A stretch of DNA of 64,000 bases, taken from positions 1 to 64,000 of IMG/VR virus record IMGVR_UViG_3300010346_000241, one strand, 5' to 3'. The notes under the pieces were generated by a model. That model saw only the letters and a list, made by a program, of their open reading frames with translations. It was not told where the DNA came from and searched no databases. Shown here in pieces: positions 19,103 to 29,178 of this stretch. The translations under genes and the position numbers were made by a program. The DNA is from a virus (Duplodnaviria; Caudoviricetes). The first letter of the stretch is position 1; each line of letters starts with the position of its first letter.

Positions 19103-19112
19103 TATAATATAC
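19103..19112 (-). promoter_or_regulatory. Early-type phage promoter GTATATTATA
   Basis: Same core at 30408(+), 50440(-) and 54270(-); resembles the phiKZ early TATATTAC motif. Confidence 0.65.
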
Positions 19113-19117
19113 AGCCA

Positions 19118-19129
19118 AACCATCTATTA
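19118..19129 (+). promoter_or_regulatory. AR9-like promoter, AACC variant
   Basis: AACC-ATCTAT-TA directly before the SD of 19147. Confidence 0.55.
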
Positions 19130-19146
19130 AAAGGAGAGTGATATCT

Positions 19147-19872
19147 ATGTCGACAATGCCTAAGTTCATCAAAGAGAAAGATGGTGGCTATGCATTCAAC
19201 TCCGAGGGAACGTTCGTTTTCTATGTTCCTGAGAAGTTCTTTGACACTAAGCTGGCTATCTTCAATGGTGAGTACATCTCATTGTTCGGTATATGTACCT
19301 ATGCTATTCTGGACAAAGACGGCAAGCCGACAACTGGCTTGCACAACTTTAACTTCCCAGCAATGTTTGTCACTAAACCTGATGACATTGAAATAGTGAA
19401 AGGATTGAAGCTTACAAAGAATACTGATGTACAAGACTATCGTCTTCTCAAGTACAACAAGGATGCTATGATAATAGTATCCTCAGAAGTAGTTGTAGAC
19501 GGCGGAAATCTTGATACATGGTACAGAGCTTTACAGTATGGAAACATACCTAACACTATACCCTACGATCAGCTTCAGGAGTACTTCCTCAGAAACATTG
19601 AGCTTACAGAGAACAGCTATGATGTATCTCTTCAGCTTATCGGTATCGTAGTTTCTGAGTGTGCTAGATCAGCAGCCGACACTTCTGTACCTTTCAGGCT
19701 TTCTGGATCAAAGGACATGAATGAATACCGTATGGTAAACATACGAGTCATTCCTCGTGAGGTTTCACCATTCACTGCCTTCACTTCAGAGACCTGGGAT
19801 AAGGCTTTAGTATCGTCTATTGTGGTCGGTAATAACGGTGAATCTCCGCTTGAAAAGATCATGATGGACTAA
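19147..19872 (+). CDS. Putative small RNA polymerase beta' C-terminal subunit (virion RNAP, phiKZ gp176/SPN3US gp244-like)
   Basis: LIGIVVSECAR and VSPFTAFTSETWDKALVSS resemble beta' C-terminal regions (HIEVIVRQM; SFISAASFQETTRVL); ~240 aa. Confidence 0.5.
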   Translation: MSTMPKFIKEKDGGYAFNSEGTFVFYVPEKFFDTKLAIFNGEYISLFGICTYAILDKDGKPTTGLHNFNFPAMFVTKPDDIEIVKGLKLTKNTDVQDYRLLKYNKDAMIIVSSEVVVDGGNLDTWYRALQYGNIPNTIPYDQLQEYFLRNIELTENSYDVSLQLIGIVVSECARSAADTSVPFRLSGSKDMNEYRMVNIRVIPREVSPFTAFTSETWDKALVSSIVVGNNGESPLEKIMMD

Positions 19873-19894
19873 TCAACGAAGCTGGGCTCGATCT

Positions 19895-19906
19895 AACATC
19901 AGTATA
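19895..19906 (+). promoter_or_regulatory. AR9-like promoter of the sheath/tube operon
   Basis: AACA-TCAGTA-TA. Confidence 0.7.
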
Positions 19907-19976
19907 AAGATCTAATTGCTTAGATTAGATTAGACAATCCTTATCTTACTATAAATCTATAAAGGAGGAATAACTA

Positions 19977-22703
19977 ATGGCAAGATATCCTGGCACACAA
20001 TTTGTCCTGAGAGATCGTTCTGATGCTAGTGCCGCTGTACCGCTTCAGCAGGTCAGCAACTCAGCACCTGTCTTTATGACATCTTTCAGAGCACCTAAGG
20101 GACCAGAAGATATGCTTCTTGTTGAAGGTCAGCGTTTCTATAACCTCTACGGTTCACAGGACAAAATGAAGTTCAACACATATGGACAGCCTCTTCTCCA
20201 GGCTTCCATGGACATCAATGAAGGAGCAAGGCTCATCGCAAAGAGAGCAGTTCTTGACTCCGCTATGCTCGGCAACGCTACAGTCGGCGTTGTACTTTCA
20301 AAGCAGGTAGACGTTACATTCACTAAGAATGAAGACGGATACATCAATGCAGCTACATTCGGAACTACTACAAAGTACGTTCTTCGTCCCGTAGTTGTAT
20401 CTATAAAGGACACTGCTAACACACCTGGCGACTCTTCATTTGTAGAGAGCAAGTTCATGTACAAGACTCATAAGGATACTATTTCTAATGAGATTGAGAT
20501 GAAGGAAACTCTTGCAATGAACACTGGTCTCGTTGGTGTATATACTAGCGGCACTACAACAGAAAACATCCCTCTCGATAACGGTACATGGTCTGGAGAT
20601 GTGTATGCTGCTGGTTCAATCCTTAACGGTAACTCCAACGAAGTTGATTTCGGTACACCTTCTAGTACAGCAACAGCTCCTGACTATTCAGAAGCTACTA
20701 CAGATGAAGAGAAAGCTAAGATCCAGGCTAAGTTCCTTTCTGCAGTTTACGCTGCAGCTAACGGCGGTGAGTACTTCTTCCCGCTCTTCTCGATCTTCGA
20801 TAACGGTCGTGGTGCTTCTCTGAAGAACTATGCTATCGTTTTCGATGTAAACACATCTAAGTCTATCGGTAAGGCAGTATATACTCTCAAGGTTGCTGAT
20901 TCTGTAACAGGAAGAACACTTGAGACATATGCATTCACAGTTAACCCTTACTCGAGAAACACAAGCACAGGCTACACATTCGATATCGAGTCAGCTGTTA
21001 ACCTGAAGTCTGATCAGATCAAGGTTAAGTACTACTACGATTCTTATGATAAGCTTATGCAGACAATCAACGATGAACTCAGCATCACAAATGAGTATCT
21101 CTTTGACGATGCAGACTGCCTCTTCGATCATGATCTGTCTGGTAATACACTCGTCGATAACCGCATTGCAAGAGGTGCTACAGCAGACCTCTACAGCCTT
21201 GCTACCTCAAGCACTAATAACCTTGACAGCGGCGATGCTAATATCACATACTACTACTATAACTACAAGACCCGCTCAAAGCAGAATATCTTTGAGAATC
21301 TTCGTTATGGTAGCGATGGTGTAATCGACAGCAATGTATATACAACCACTGCAACTACTAAGGTTAACGTCGGCGATATAGCTAAGGTGTACGATAGCTC
21401 TGCACAAGCTATCACTACATTAACTGCTGGTGCTACTGCTAACCTCGGATTCATGGTTGCAGGAGATACTGCAACTGTACACCCGAAGTGTACTGCTGCT
21501 ATCAACCTTCTGAAGCTTATCCCTGAGCTTGGTATCAACTTCAGCGGTGCAGACTTTGAGACAGCTGATAATCATTCATCTGCTACAAAGCTTAAGGTTG
21601 CTACTACTGGCGGCGGATACTTCTATATCTCAGCTGTAATCAATAAGGTTCAGAATGGTGCAGAGACTGATACATACAAGTATGATCTGACTGTTACAGT
21701 TCAGGAATACTCATGGGATCTCTCTTACCAGAATCAGTACAGAAAGTTCTTCGACGGTCAGTTCGACAGAGACATCTTCAATCTTGACGTATGGTTCCCG
21801 AACTGCGTATTCGATGCTAACTACGATAAGAAGGTTAAGCTCGCTATTCAGAAGCTTGCTGCATACAGAGGCGACTTCTTCGTTTACCTTGACCTCAATA
21901 CTGACGTTAAGGCATATGAAGACGTTGAGCGTCTTATCAATGTAGTAGGCGATGACAACGAGTTCCCGCCTGATGAGGAAGCAACAAACTTCTACATTCA
22001 TGATCGTAACTGCGCTGTTACTTCTATCTACGGCGATATCCGTGATCCTTATTCAAATAAGCAGATCACTGTTACAGCTACATATGCTCTGTCAAGACTC
22101 ATGGTTAAGCACTTCATCAATGGTGTTGGCCGTCCGTTCGCTGGTCAGGGCTATGGCATCATCTTTACAGACTTCATCGAGGGTACTGTAAACTACATTC
22201 CTAAGATCTATCCTTCTTCTGCAATGACATCACGTTCATACATTGGCGATACTTATCCTTCAGACGATGAGACAATCGTTAATGAGAAGCAGCAGATGAC
22301 AGACCTCAAGGTTAACTACGGCTCATACTACAACGGAGTCTTCACTATGGATACAGAGTTCACACTCAATCCTAAGGATTCAGACTTCTCATACATCAAC
22401 AACATCATGCTTGTTCATCAGGTAATGCAGGCTGTAAGAAAGGCTTGCCCTGCCTCAAGATACAAGTTCATCGATAACAACGACCTGTCTACTTACCAGC
22501 GTTCAGTAGAGGAAGTCCTCAAGGTATTCCGTTCTAAGTTCGCTGCTCTGAGATTCAAGTACGTTCAGGACGAGAACTCTGTAGCAAACAAGATCTACTA
22601 TGCAGCTATCGAAGTTGTATTCAGACCGTTTGCACAGGCTGAAATCTTCACAATCACAGCACTCAACTACTCAACACTGAGTAGCGATGTGACTACAGTA
22701 TAA
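19977..22703 (+). CDS. Tail sheath protein
   Basis: N-terminal YPGT, 908 aa, sheath-like C-terminus (YINNIMLVHQVMQAV...IEVVFRPFAQ), strong codon bias, followed by a tube-sized gene. Confidence 0.8.
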   Translation: MARYPGTQFVLRDRSDASAAVPLQQVSNSAPVFMTSFRAPKGPEDMLLVEGQRFYNLYGSQDKMKFNTYGQPLLQASMDINEGARLIAKRAVLDSAMLGNATVGVVLSKQVDVTFTKNEDGYINAATFGTTTKYVLRPVVVSIKDTANTPGDSSFVESKFMYKTHKDTISNEIEMKETLAMNTGLVGVYTSGTTTENIPLDNGTWSGDVYAAGSILNGNSNEVDFGTPSSTATAPDYSEATTDEEKAKIQAKFLSAVYAAANGGEYFFPLFSIFDNGRGASLKNYAIVFDVNTSKSIGKAVYTLKVADSVTGRTLETYAFTVNPYSRNTSTGYTFDIESAVNLKSDQIKVKYYYDSYDKLMQTINDELSITNEYLFDDADCLFDHDLSGNTLVDNRIARGATADLYSLATSSTNNLDSGDANITYYYYNYKTRSKQNIFENLRYGSDGVIDSNVYTTTATTKVNVGDIAKVYDSSAQAITTLTAGATANLGFMVAGDTATVHPKCTAAINLLKLIPELGINFSGADFETADNHSSATKLKVATTGGGYFYISAVINKVQNGAETDTYKYDLTVTVQEYSWDLSYQNQYRKFFDGQFDRDIFNLDVWFPNCVFDANYDKKVKLAIQKLAAYRGDFFVYLDLNTDVKAYEDVERLINVVGDDNEFPPDEEATNFYIHDRNCAVTSIYGDIRDPYSNKQITVTATYALSRLMVKHFINGVGRPFAGQGYGIIFTDFIEGTVNYIPKIYPSSAMTSRSYIGDTYPSDDETIVNEKQQMTDLKVNYGSYYNGVFTMDTEFTLNPKDSDFSYINNIMLVHQVMQAVRKACPASRYKFIDNNDLSTYQRSVEEVLKVFRSKFAALRFKYVQDENSVANKIYYAAIEVVFRPFAQAEIFTITALNYSTLSSDVTTV

Positions 22704-22720
22704 GAAGGGAGGAATAGATT

Positions 22721-23866
22721 ATGGCAGCAGATAACAACGTTAAATCCACTGCGACTGGTGTCGGCCAGGAAGTCTTCAAGGGCCTTAAGACTCCTCGTAA
22801 CCTTCTTGAGTATAACCTCATGAGAGGTGTTACTGACTTCTCACAGCTCGAGCAGTTCGACCTCTACGAGAAAGGCTATCCTTGGCTCGTAGTAATCAGC
22901 ATCCCTGACTTCATGCGTGACCTTGCTCTCAACAGTGAGGAGATGCAGAACATCGTAGGAAACTACGTTCACATCATGGAGCATGACTTCAAGGGTATCG
23001 ATAATATCGAGAACATCACTGGTGAACCTAACGGCGAAATCAGCAACGGTATCAGATCTATTCAGCTCATCAACAGAGTAACTCAGGGTGCTTCTACAAC
23101 GTTCACCATGAGATTCTATGAGCGTTCTGGTTCTGTAATGACAAAGTTCAACGAGCTTTATCTTACAGGTATCAAGGATAAGGATACACAGGCTAAGACA
23201 TACCACGGTCTTATCGACTGGTATACATTCGGTACTGGTCCTGACACACCTTCTGGTCGTGATCCTGGACCTCACCGTGAGGTATTCAGCTTCATGTACT
23301 TCCTTACCGATAATACAGTAACTAAGATCGAAAAGGCATTCCTTATCTGTGCTGCACAGCCTACAACGGCTGAGTTCAGCACACTCTACGACGGCGAGAA
23401 GGGTGAAATCGGTTGGGGTGAACTCTCAATGTCCTTCAACGGATTCTTCATCAACAACGACCAGGTATCACTCGCTGCTCAGAGAATGCTTCTTGCTATG
23501 CGTAATCCTCAGAACACAACTGGTAGCCGTCTTATCGTTGACTCTACTAACTTCACATACGAAGCTCTTAAGAGAGTTAATGAGAACCTCGGTCTCAATG
23601 CTGAAAGCTTCAACACAGAGGGTAGTGACAACAATCCTTATGCAGTTGGTGCTACATCATGGACTGACACTAACGGTGTTGTTACAGATGCGTTCAAGAA
23701 CAGAGGAGCAAACGAAGTTGGTAAGGTTGGTTCCGCATTCGACGAGACAACAGCTTCAAGCTATGGTCTTGGAAGAAGCAACGGAATCTACTCACAGCAG
23801 GTTCAGGCAATGGGCGAAGCAGAGCATATTGCCAACAAGTTTGCAAACGTTCAGAACCAGCAGTAA
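22721..23866 (+). CDS. Tail tube protein
   Basis: Directly after the sheath gene; high-expression codon bias; FTMRFYERSG and AQPT...ELSMSFNGF tube-like beta strands. Confidence 0.7.
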   Translation: MAADNNVKSTATGVGQEVFKGLKTPRNLLEYNLMRGVTDFSQLEQFDLYEKGYPWLVVISIPDFMRDLALNSEEMQNIVGNYVHIMEHDFKGIDNIENITGEPNGEISNGIRSIQLINRVTQGASTTFTMRFYERSGSVMTKFNELYLTGIKDKDTQAKTYHGLIDWYTFGTGPDTPSGRDPGPHREVFSFMYFLTDNTVTKIEKAFLICAAQPTTAEFSTLYDGEKGEIGWGELSMSFNGFFINNDQVSLAAQRMLLAMRNPQNTTGSRLIVDSTNFTYEALKRVNENLGLNAESFNTEGSDNNPYAVGATSWTDTNGVVTDAFKNRGANEVGKVGSAFDETTASSYGLGRSNGIYSQQVQAMGEAEHIANKFANVQNQQ

Positions 23867-23905
23867 GTATAATAGCTCTACTAGCAGTAAATACAACAAG
23901 AGTTA

Positions 23906-23929
23906 CGGACTGGGATTATTCCCAGTCCG
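23906..23929. terminator. Bidirectional terminator
   Basis: CGGACTGGGA/TCCCAGTCCG between convergent tube and portal genes. Confidence 0.8.
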
Positions 23930-23942
23930 CATTCTCTGTCGT

Positions 23943-26336
23943 TTACTCTTCTTCTTTATTTTTGAGTCTTGATGCTTCTTGCTTTGCTCTTGTGATTACC
24001 TCTTCTATTGCTGGGAGATCGAGATACGATCCTAAGAAGTGAAGTGTTAACGCCTTTACAGCAAGACGTTTAATCATTTCATCATCTTCCTCAGCCAGTT
24101 CTATTTCAGCTATGCTGTTTGCATAGTCCTGAACGTTTGTAACCATCTGGTTAGTATTGGTGATGTTAAGGAACATCGGAGGTGGTAATGTAACCTCAAG
24201 ACAAACATCATCATCCTGATACTCGTTTCTATAAAGCTTAGAGAAGATTCTAGTAAGATTCTTCTGGTACTTAGCCTGACGGTTATATACCTTTCTGAGG
24301 AACTTACTAGATGTCATAGTAAGTTGTGTAGCATATTCAACAGACTGTCTCATCTGAATCATCTCAAGTGGTACATCTGTAGAGTTGATTGCCATTTCTT
24401 CCAGTACTGTCATCAGTTCTGTCTTGAACTCTACCTGCTGACCCTGCATTACTTCAAAGTCTATAGGAGATTCACCTGATGAGTTTCTAGGAATGATGTA
24501 GTCATTGAATCGACCAGTGATATTGAGAATATGGTTGATATTCTCAATCTGTCGAATGTTCATGTTACCCTTCTTGATCTGGTTGATAGTATTCAGAAGA
24601 GTCTTCGAGATGTTTGTATCTACGTTCTGCTTAACATAGTACACTCTCTTATCCTGAGAGCGTGTCATTGTCATGATGCAGTTAGTGATATACATTGCAG
24701 AGTAGAGAGTTGCAGGGAAGAGAGCCTCATGGAGATCAGATATACCTCTATGAGTCTTCTTGTTCATTCTGAAGTAGACATGCTCCATATCCTCAGGAGG
24801 TATGAATGTAACCTTTACCTTACTGAGTTTATGGCCGTTCTCCATATCGTTGTTCTTCAATACCATGTAGATCTCATCTCTCAGATCTTGGTTAGCATTG
24901 ACAAAGTTGGCGTCAATGTATTGAGCTATCTGAGAAGAAAGGAATCTAGTGATATTGTTCTGTCTACCTGTAGCATCTGTAACTGAATTGGTAGAGAGAA
25001 TAGAGTTAGAACCCTTGAGCGACATTGTAGGATCCTGCATCCTGTCATAGTCTCTCATAGGATCATATCTGTAGTCAGTCTCGATATAATAGTATCCGAA
25101 ACAGTGTGTTTCGATGTAGATAGGAATGATGTGTTCACGATCCAGGAGTTTTACGATGCTTCCTGGGATATCGACTACGTCTCCTTTATTAGAGTGTTTC
25201 TGACCAGTTATGAGTCCCTCAGTGCCCCTGTAGTCGAAGTTGTCGAACTTAAGGTCATCCTTTACTGTATCGTCGAACTTAGTCTTGTTATTAGACTTAG
25301 CTTTCTTACCAGTATCGAAGTTAGAGATCTCTGGAGTATTCTTGATTCTGTCTACCTCTGGATCGGTAATCTTCTTATCGGTAGCTTCATTGATAACCTG
25401 ACCTACTGGATCACTAAGAGCCATCTCATTGATCGCTCCTATCTCCTTGTAGAACTTGTATTCATTCTCTACAGTCTCGGTGAGAAGACCAGAGCAATTG
25501 AACTCAATTTCTACTTTATCCATATCTCCGAAGTCTTCCTGCTTAAGTCCATAGCTTTTCATATCAGCTTCGAACTTATCTCTACTGAAGTCGCCAGACT
25601 CAGAAATGATACAATGTTCATGAATGTCAATGTCACCTCTGATGCCAGGCTTGTTCTTGTTAGCAAGAAGTTTAGCTATAGCCTTCTTAGCTGGTACGAT
25701 GTAAACGAACTGCTCACCATACTTAGAAGCATTGTCATAGATCTCTCCAGCGATATCGATGAAGTTGTATCTCTCCTTGATTTCTTTGATATGCTCCTGT
25801 ACTGATGCCTGGACTCCAGCAACAGTAGTGTTAGTTACATTGATGAAGTCCTTACTGAAGTGGTCAGCAGAAAGGACATTGTCCTTTCTAGTATCTAACG
25901 CTTCCTTCAGTTTAGGCATATACTTCACGATAGTATCTATCTTAGCATCATAGTCAGCTACAGTAGTAGTATCATTCATGAAACCAAGCACACCAGTATC
26001 CAGTATGTTTGTATCATTGAGGAGAGACTCAAGATCCTTGTTCATGTCTCTCATCTTGATAGCTTCTGGATTGTTAGCCTGCTGTCTCAAGGCTCTATTA
26101 TACAGAGCACTTAAATTACCCTGACCAGTCTGAGCCTTATTGGAACTCACTATACCATCTATAGAGGCGTCCAGCTTAGACTTTATAGTATCGAGGTCAT
26201 GTTTGTCAGAGGGTTGTGTATAGTATATGCTTTGATAAAGCTTGTCAATGTTTGTCTGGACGAATGACGCCAGACGATTAGCTTTACGATTAGCAGAAGC
26301 AACTTTGCGTTCACGCTGCTTTTGGTTTGAAGCCAT
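23943..26336 (-). CDS. Portal protein
   Basis: Start MASNQ after AAAGGAGG; KYGEQFVY, TRSQDKRVYYV and DYIIPR resemble T4 gp20-family portal motifs. Confidence 0.75.
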   Translation of the reverse strand: MASNQKQRERKVASANRKANRLASFVQTNIDKLYQSIYYTQPSDKHDLDTIKSKLDASIDGIVSSNKAQTGQGNLSALYNRALRQQANNPEAIKMRDMNKDLESLLNDTNILDTGVLGFMNDTTTVADYDAKIDTIVKYMPKLKEALDTRKDNVLSADHFSKDFINVTNTTVAGVQASVQEHIKEIKERYNFIDIAGEIYDNASKYGEQFVYIVPAKKAIAKLLANKNKPGIRGDIDIHEHCIISESGDFSRDKFEADMKSYGLKQEDFGDMDKVEIEFNCSGLLTETVENEYKFYKEIGAINEMALSDPVGQVINEATDKKITDPEVDRIKNTPEISNFDTGKKAKSNNKTKFDDTVKDDLKFDNFDYRGTEGLITGQKHSNKGDVVDIPGSIVKLLDREHIIPIYIETHCFGYYYIETDYRYDPMRDYDRMQDPTMSLKGSNSILSTNSVTDATGRQNNITRFLSSQIAQYIDANFVNANQDLRDEIYMVLKNNDMENGHKLSKVKVTFIPPEDMEHVYFRMNKKTHRGISDLHEALFPATLYSAMYITNCIMTMTRSQDKRVYYVKQNVDTNISKTLLNTINQIKKGNMNIRQIENINHILNITGRFNDYIIPRNSSGESPIDFEVMQGQQVEFKTELMTVLEEMAINSTDVPLEMIQMRQSVEYATQLTMTSSKFLRKVYNRQAKYQKNLTRIFSKLYRNEYQDDDVCLEVTLPPPMFLNITNTNQMVTNVQDYANSIAEIELAEEDDEMIKRLAVKALTLHFLGSYLDLPAIEEVITRAKQEASRLKNKEEE

Positions 26337-26356
26337 TATAACTCCTCCTTTCAAGT

Positions 26357-26368
26357 TACTATAATGTT
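26357..26368 (-). promoter_or_regulatory. AR9-like promoter of the portal gene
   Basis: Minus strand AACA-TTATAG-TA. Confidence 0.7.
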
Positions 26369-26416
26369 TCGTGAGACAAAGAATAGCCCAGAGAGTAGAC
26401 CTCTCTGGGACTAATC

Positions 26417-27103
26417 TCATATCTTGAAGAAACAAACTATACAGTTGTATGTATATATCCTCTTGGTCTCCTTCTTAGTTATCTTCCACTTTGTCACTTC
26501 AAAGTTTGTCATGAAGTAACTATATCTAGGATTATCCAAGATAAGAAGATTGACTTGGTCATTCTTCACTGTTGGTACTACACCACTGAAGAGATACATT
26601 GTATACTTGTCTCCAACATTGACATACTTTGCCCCGTCAGATGCTTTAAGGTTTACATATGTATCCCACTGAGGAGTTGCTTGGAAATCTTTGTAAGCTG
26701 ATATAACTCCTTCTGGGTCGTTCATGTATCTGAATACTGAATTTATAGTAAGCATTATATCACGATAACGAGCATCTGCTACATAGTCCGATACAGAAGT
26801 CTTTCCGAACACTAACAGACCTTTATCTGGTATATAGCACTCTGCGAACTTTTCTATTCTCTGACTCTCTTCTACCTGTTCTAACGATGCTAATACATCT
26901 ACCAGAAAGATTTGCTCATTGAACTGATCGAACTCTGGAATGATTGCATCCATAGTGTAACGAATGTAGTTGTTACCTACTATAAGATACGCATACATCA
27001 CACCACTTATAGTGTCCTTGTGGAAGTATAATGCGTCTCCTGCCTTACCCTTCATCAAGGCTATAACATTCTTCATAGCCTCGAGTATCTCTAATATACT
27101 CAT
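26417..27103 (-). CDS. Hypothetical protein translationally coupled to the polymerase exonuclease subunit
   Basis: ATGA overlap with the upstream gene; 228 aa. Confidence 0.7.
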   Translation of the reverse strand: MSILEILEAMKNVIALMKGKAGDALYFHKDTISGVMYAYLIVGNNYIRYTMDAIIPEFDQFNEQIFLVDVLASLEQVEESQRIEKFAECYIPDKGLLVFGKTSVSDYVADARYRDIMLTINSVFRYMNDPEGVISAYKDFQATPQWDTYVNLKASDGAKYVNVGDKYTMYLFSGVVPTVKNDQVNLLILDNPRYSYFMTNFEVTKWKITKKETKRIYTYNCIVCFFKI

Positions 27104-29097
27104 ACCTCTACTACCTCTCTACTATAACAATTCTCCTCTCTAGACTCTATCTTATTATAGAACTCCGAGAAAGTTCTGACTTCGTCATTGAATGGGAACT
27201 GCTTATGTGGATACTCAGTTCTCTCATTCATTATCTTCTGCTCCCACTCTGGAACAAATGGAGATGTCTGAGTAGTACTGTTCGGTACCTTATAGAATAG
27301 ATATCTTCCCTCTGTACAATGGAGATCAACCTTACCTCTCGGATGTACAATATCTGAGAAGTAAGTTATGACATCATCATACATCTCTTCATATGAAGCA
27401 AGGTGGAACCATCTATGATAGAACTCAAGCCACTGATGAGACTGATAATCCTCAAGGAACTGTCCTTCTCTCTTATACTTGTAATCTTCTCTTGCAAATC
27501 TATTCTCGTTCTTATATACCTGAGTTGGTATAATGATACGAGCAATGATTGTATTAGCCGCAAGATTGAGTTCTGACGTGATAGACGGATAAAGGCTCTT
27601 GTAGTCATAGTCATTCAGATTTCTGAATACCATGATAGGCTTGCCGTTTACTATCATCTTAGAGTAAGGTCCGAGCTTTGTAGGATCTGATACCCAAGCA
27701 CCTGGGAACTTCGTCTTAGTGTTGTTCTTGTTGGTGTTGTTACCCATTACAAAGCCCTGTCTCCAGTACGACTTGAAGGCTCTGTTCTTCAGATATACTG
27801 TCTGACGATATATCTTACTGATACGAGTGTTGTTCAGAAGAACGTTGTTGTATGCATTACCTACATCGTTCACTTTGTTCTCGATACAGTACTGTGAGAT
27901 AACGTCCATGATATTGTATAACACGAATGTTAAGTAATCCTTCTGAGGAAGATCTTCAAGCTTCTCACAGATGTGATGATAGTCAAGTTTACCGAAGCCT
28001 ACTGTCATCTCTGCTATGCTGTCGAGTCTGAAGTTAGGGATCGCTGAACGTCCCTTACGTCTACTAGCAAAGTGAATTAACTGATCAAGATATACAGTCT
28101 TACTGCTTATCTTACAGAAGTCATTTCTCTCAGCAAATTCATTGAAGTTCTTATCATCGATGAAGTAACTTACTTCCTTATACTTGAAGTCTGGATGACA
28201 CATTACCCTTTTGGGGTCCATATTCAACTTCTTACATCTCTCGATGATGTATGGAATATCGAACGCCATGTTCCATGCCAACAAGAAGTCTGGTTCAAGT
28301 TTGTTAATGACATTGAACAGAGTCTTGATTAACTCCTTCTCATCAGTATACATAACTGTCGAGAACTGAAGAGTATCTACACGATACTTCTTAGCTTTCT
28401 CTGGTCCGCCAACTGACTTTATGATGAAGTCTTTAGCTATAGCTTCGAACTTACCGCTATTCAATAACTTCTCAAACTCCAGACATAAGGGATTGTATGG
28501 ATCTCTGAGAAGCAAAGTGAATACAGTCTGAGTTCTGTCGTCTATGAATGTCACCGCATTGATTGGACACTCACCTGGTTCTACGAAGTCGCCCTTCGCA
28601 GTTCTTGAGTCAACCTCGATATCGAGATAGCTTTTGTTTATAGGTCCGAAAGCATTCTTATAAGACTCACCAAACTGGAATCTGTAGAAGTCTTCGATGT
28701 TCATATCAGAACCCATAACTCTTACATGCTCATGAAGTCTCTGATTGTTTCTGTAGTCACCATTCTCTGCATTGTTATCAAAGAATGTCTCATTACCAGT
28801 AGCTTCTGCTATGCTCTTAAGAAGCTTTCTATATGGAACGGTTATCTCGTCACACTTCTCTTTCTCTATGAAAGCGAGATTGTAGTCTACGAATACTTCG
28901 TTCTTTATTCTATACCAAGTATACTCTGGATTCTCTATTGTCTCAATGAACTTCTCACCAGTAACATTGTCTTTGATTACAAGATCTATTGAGTCTGGAA
29001 TGTCGGTGTAACTATTCTTACTCCTATTAGGCCTATGATAGATTGTCTGCAATAACGATAAATCGTATTGCAATGGGTAGTTTCCTATCTGTATCAT
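27100..29097 (-). CDS. Split family B DNA polymerase, N-terminal subunit (3'-5' exonuclease plus motif A)
   Basis: ExoI LDIEVD, ExoII WNMAFD, ExoIII YNIMD, motif A DYKSLYPSI; lacks motifs B and C; true start ATG 29097 after AAAGGAGG. Confidence 0.9.
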   Translation of the reverse strand: MIQIGNYPLQYDLSLLQTIYHRPNRSKNSYTDIPDSIDLVIKDNVTGEKFIETIENPEYTWYRIKNEVFVDYNLAFIEKEKCDEITVPYRKLLKSIAEATGNETFFDNNAENGDYRNNQRLHEHVRVMGSDMNIEDFYRFQFGESYKNAFGPINKSYLDIEVDSRTAKGDFVEPGECPINAVTFIDDRTQTVFTLLLRDPYNPLCLEFEKLLNSGKFEAIAKDFIIKSVGGPEKAKKYRVDTLQFSTVMYTDEKELIKTLFNVINKLEPDFLLAWNMAFDIPYIIERCKKLNMDPKRVMCHPDFKYKEVSYFIDDKNFNEFAERNDFCKISSKTVYLDQLIHFASRRKGRSAIPNFRLDSIAEMTVGFGKLDYHHICEKLEDLPQKDYLTFVLYNIMDVISQYCIENKVNDVGNAYNNVLLNNTRISKIYRQTVYLKNRAFKSYWRQGFVMGNNTNKNNTKTKFPGAWVSDPTKLGPYSKMIVNGKPIMVFRNLNDYDYKSLYPSITSELNLAANTIIARIIIPTQVYKNENRFAREDYKYKREGQFLEDYQSHQWLEFYHRWFHLASYEEMYDDVITYFSDIVHPRGKVDLHCTEGRYLFYKVPNSTTQTSPFVPEWEQKIMNERTEYPHKQFPFNDEVRTFSEFYNKIESREENCYSREVVEV

Positions 29098-29117
29098 TGT
29101 AAGTCCTCCTTTAATCG

Positions 29118-29161
29118 TAATCGTCCCAAACACGTACGATTACTTGATTATTTAATGGTTG
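29118..29161 (-). promoter_or_regulatory. Shared polymerase leader element: AACC-N6-TA promoter plus hairpin UAAUCGU-ACGUGUUUGGG-ACGAUUA
   Basis: 43/44 identical to 57073-57116, upstream of the other polymerase subunit. Confidence 0.85.
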
Positions 29162-29178
29162 CTACTACTTTTAATAGC

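Noticed and set aside
29098-29133. Upstream GTG start for the exonuclease subunit
   Set aside because: No SD and it lies in the leader hairpin loop; ATG 29097 has a perfect SD
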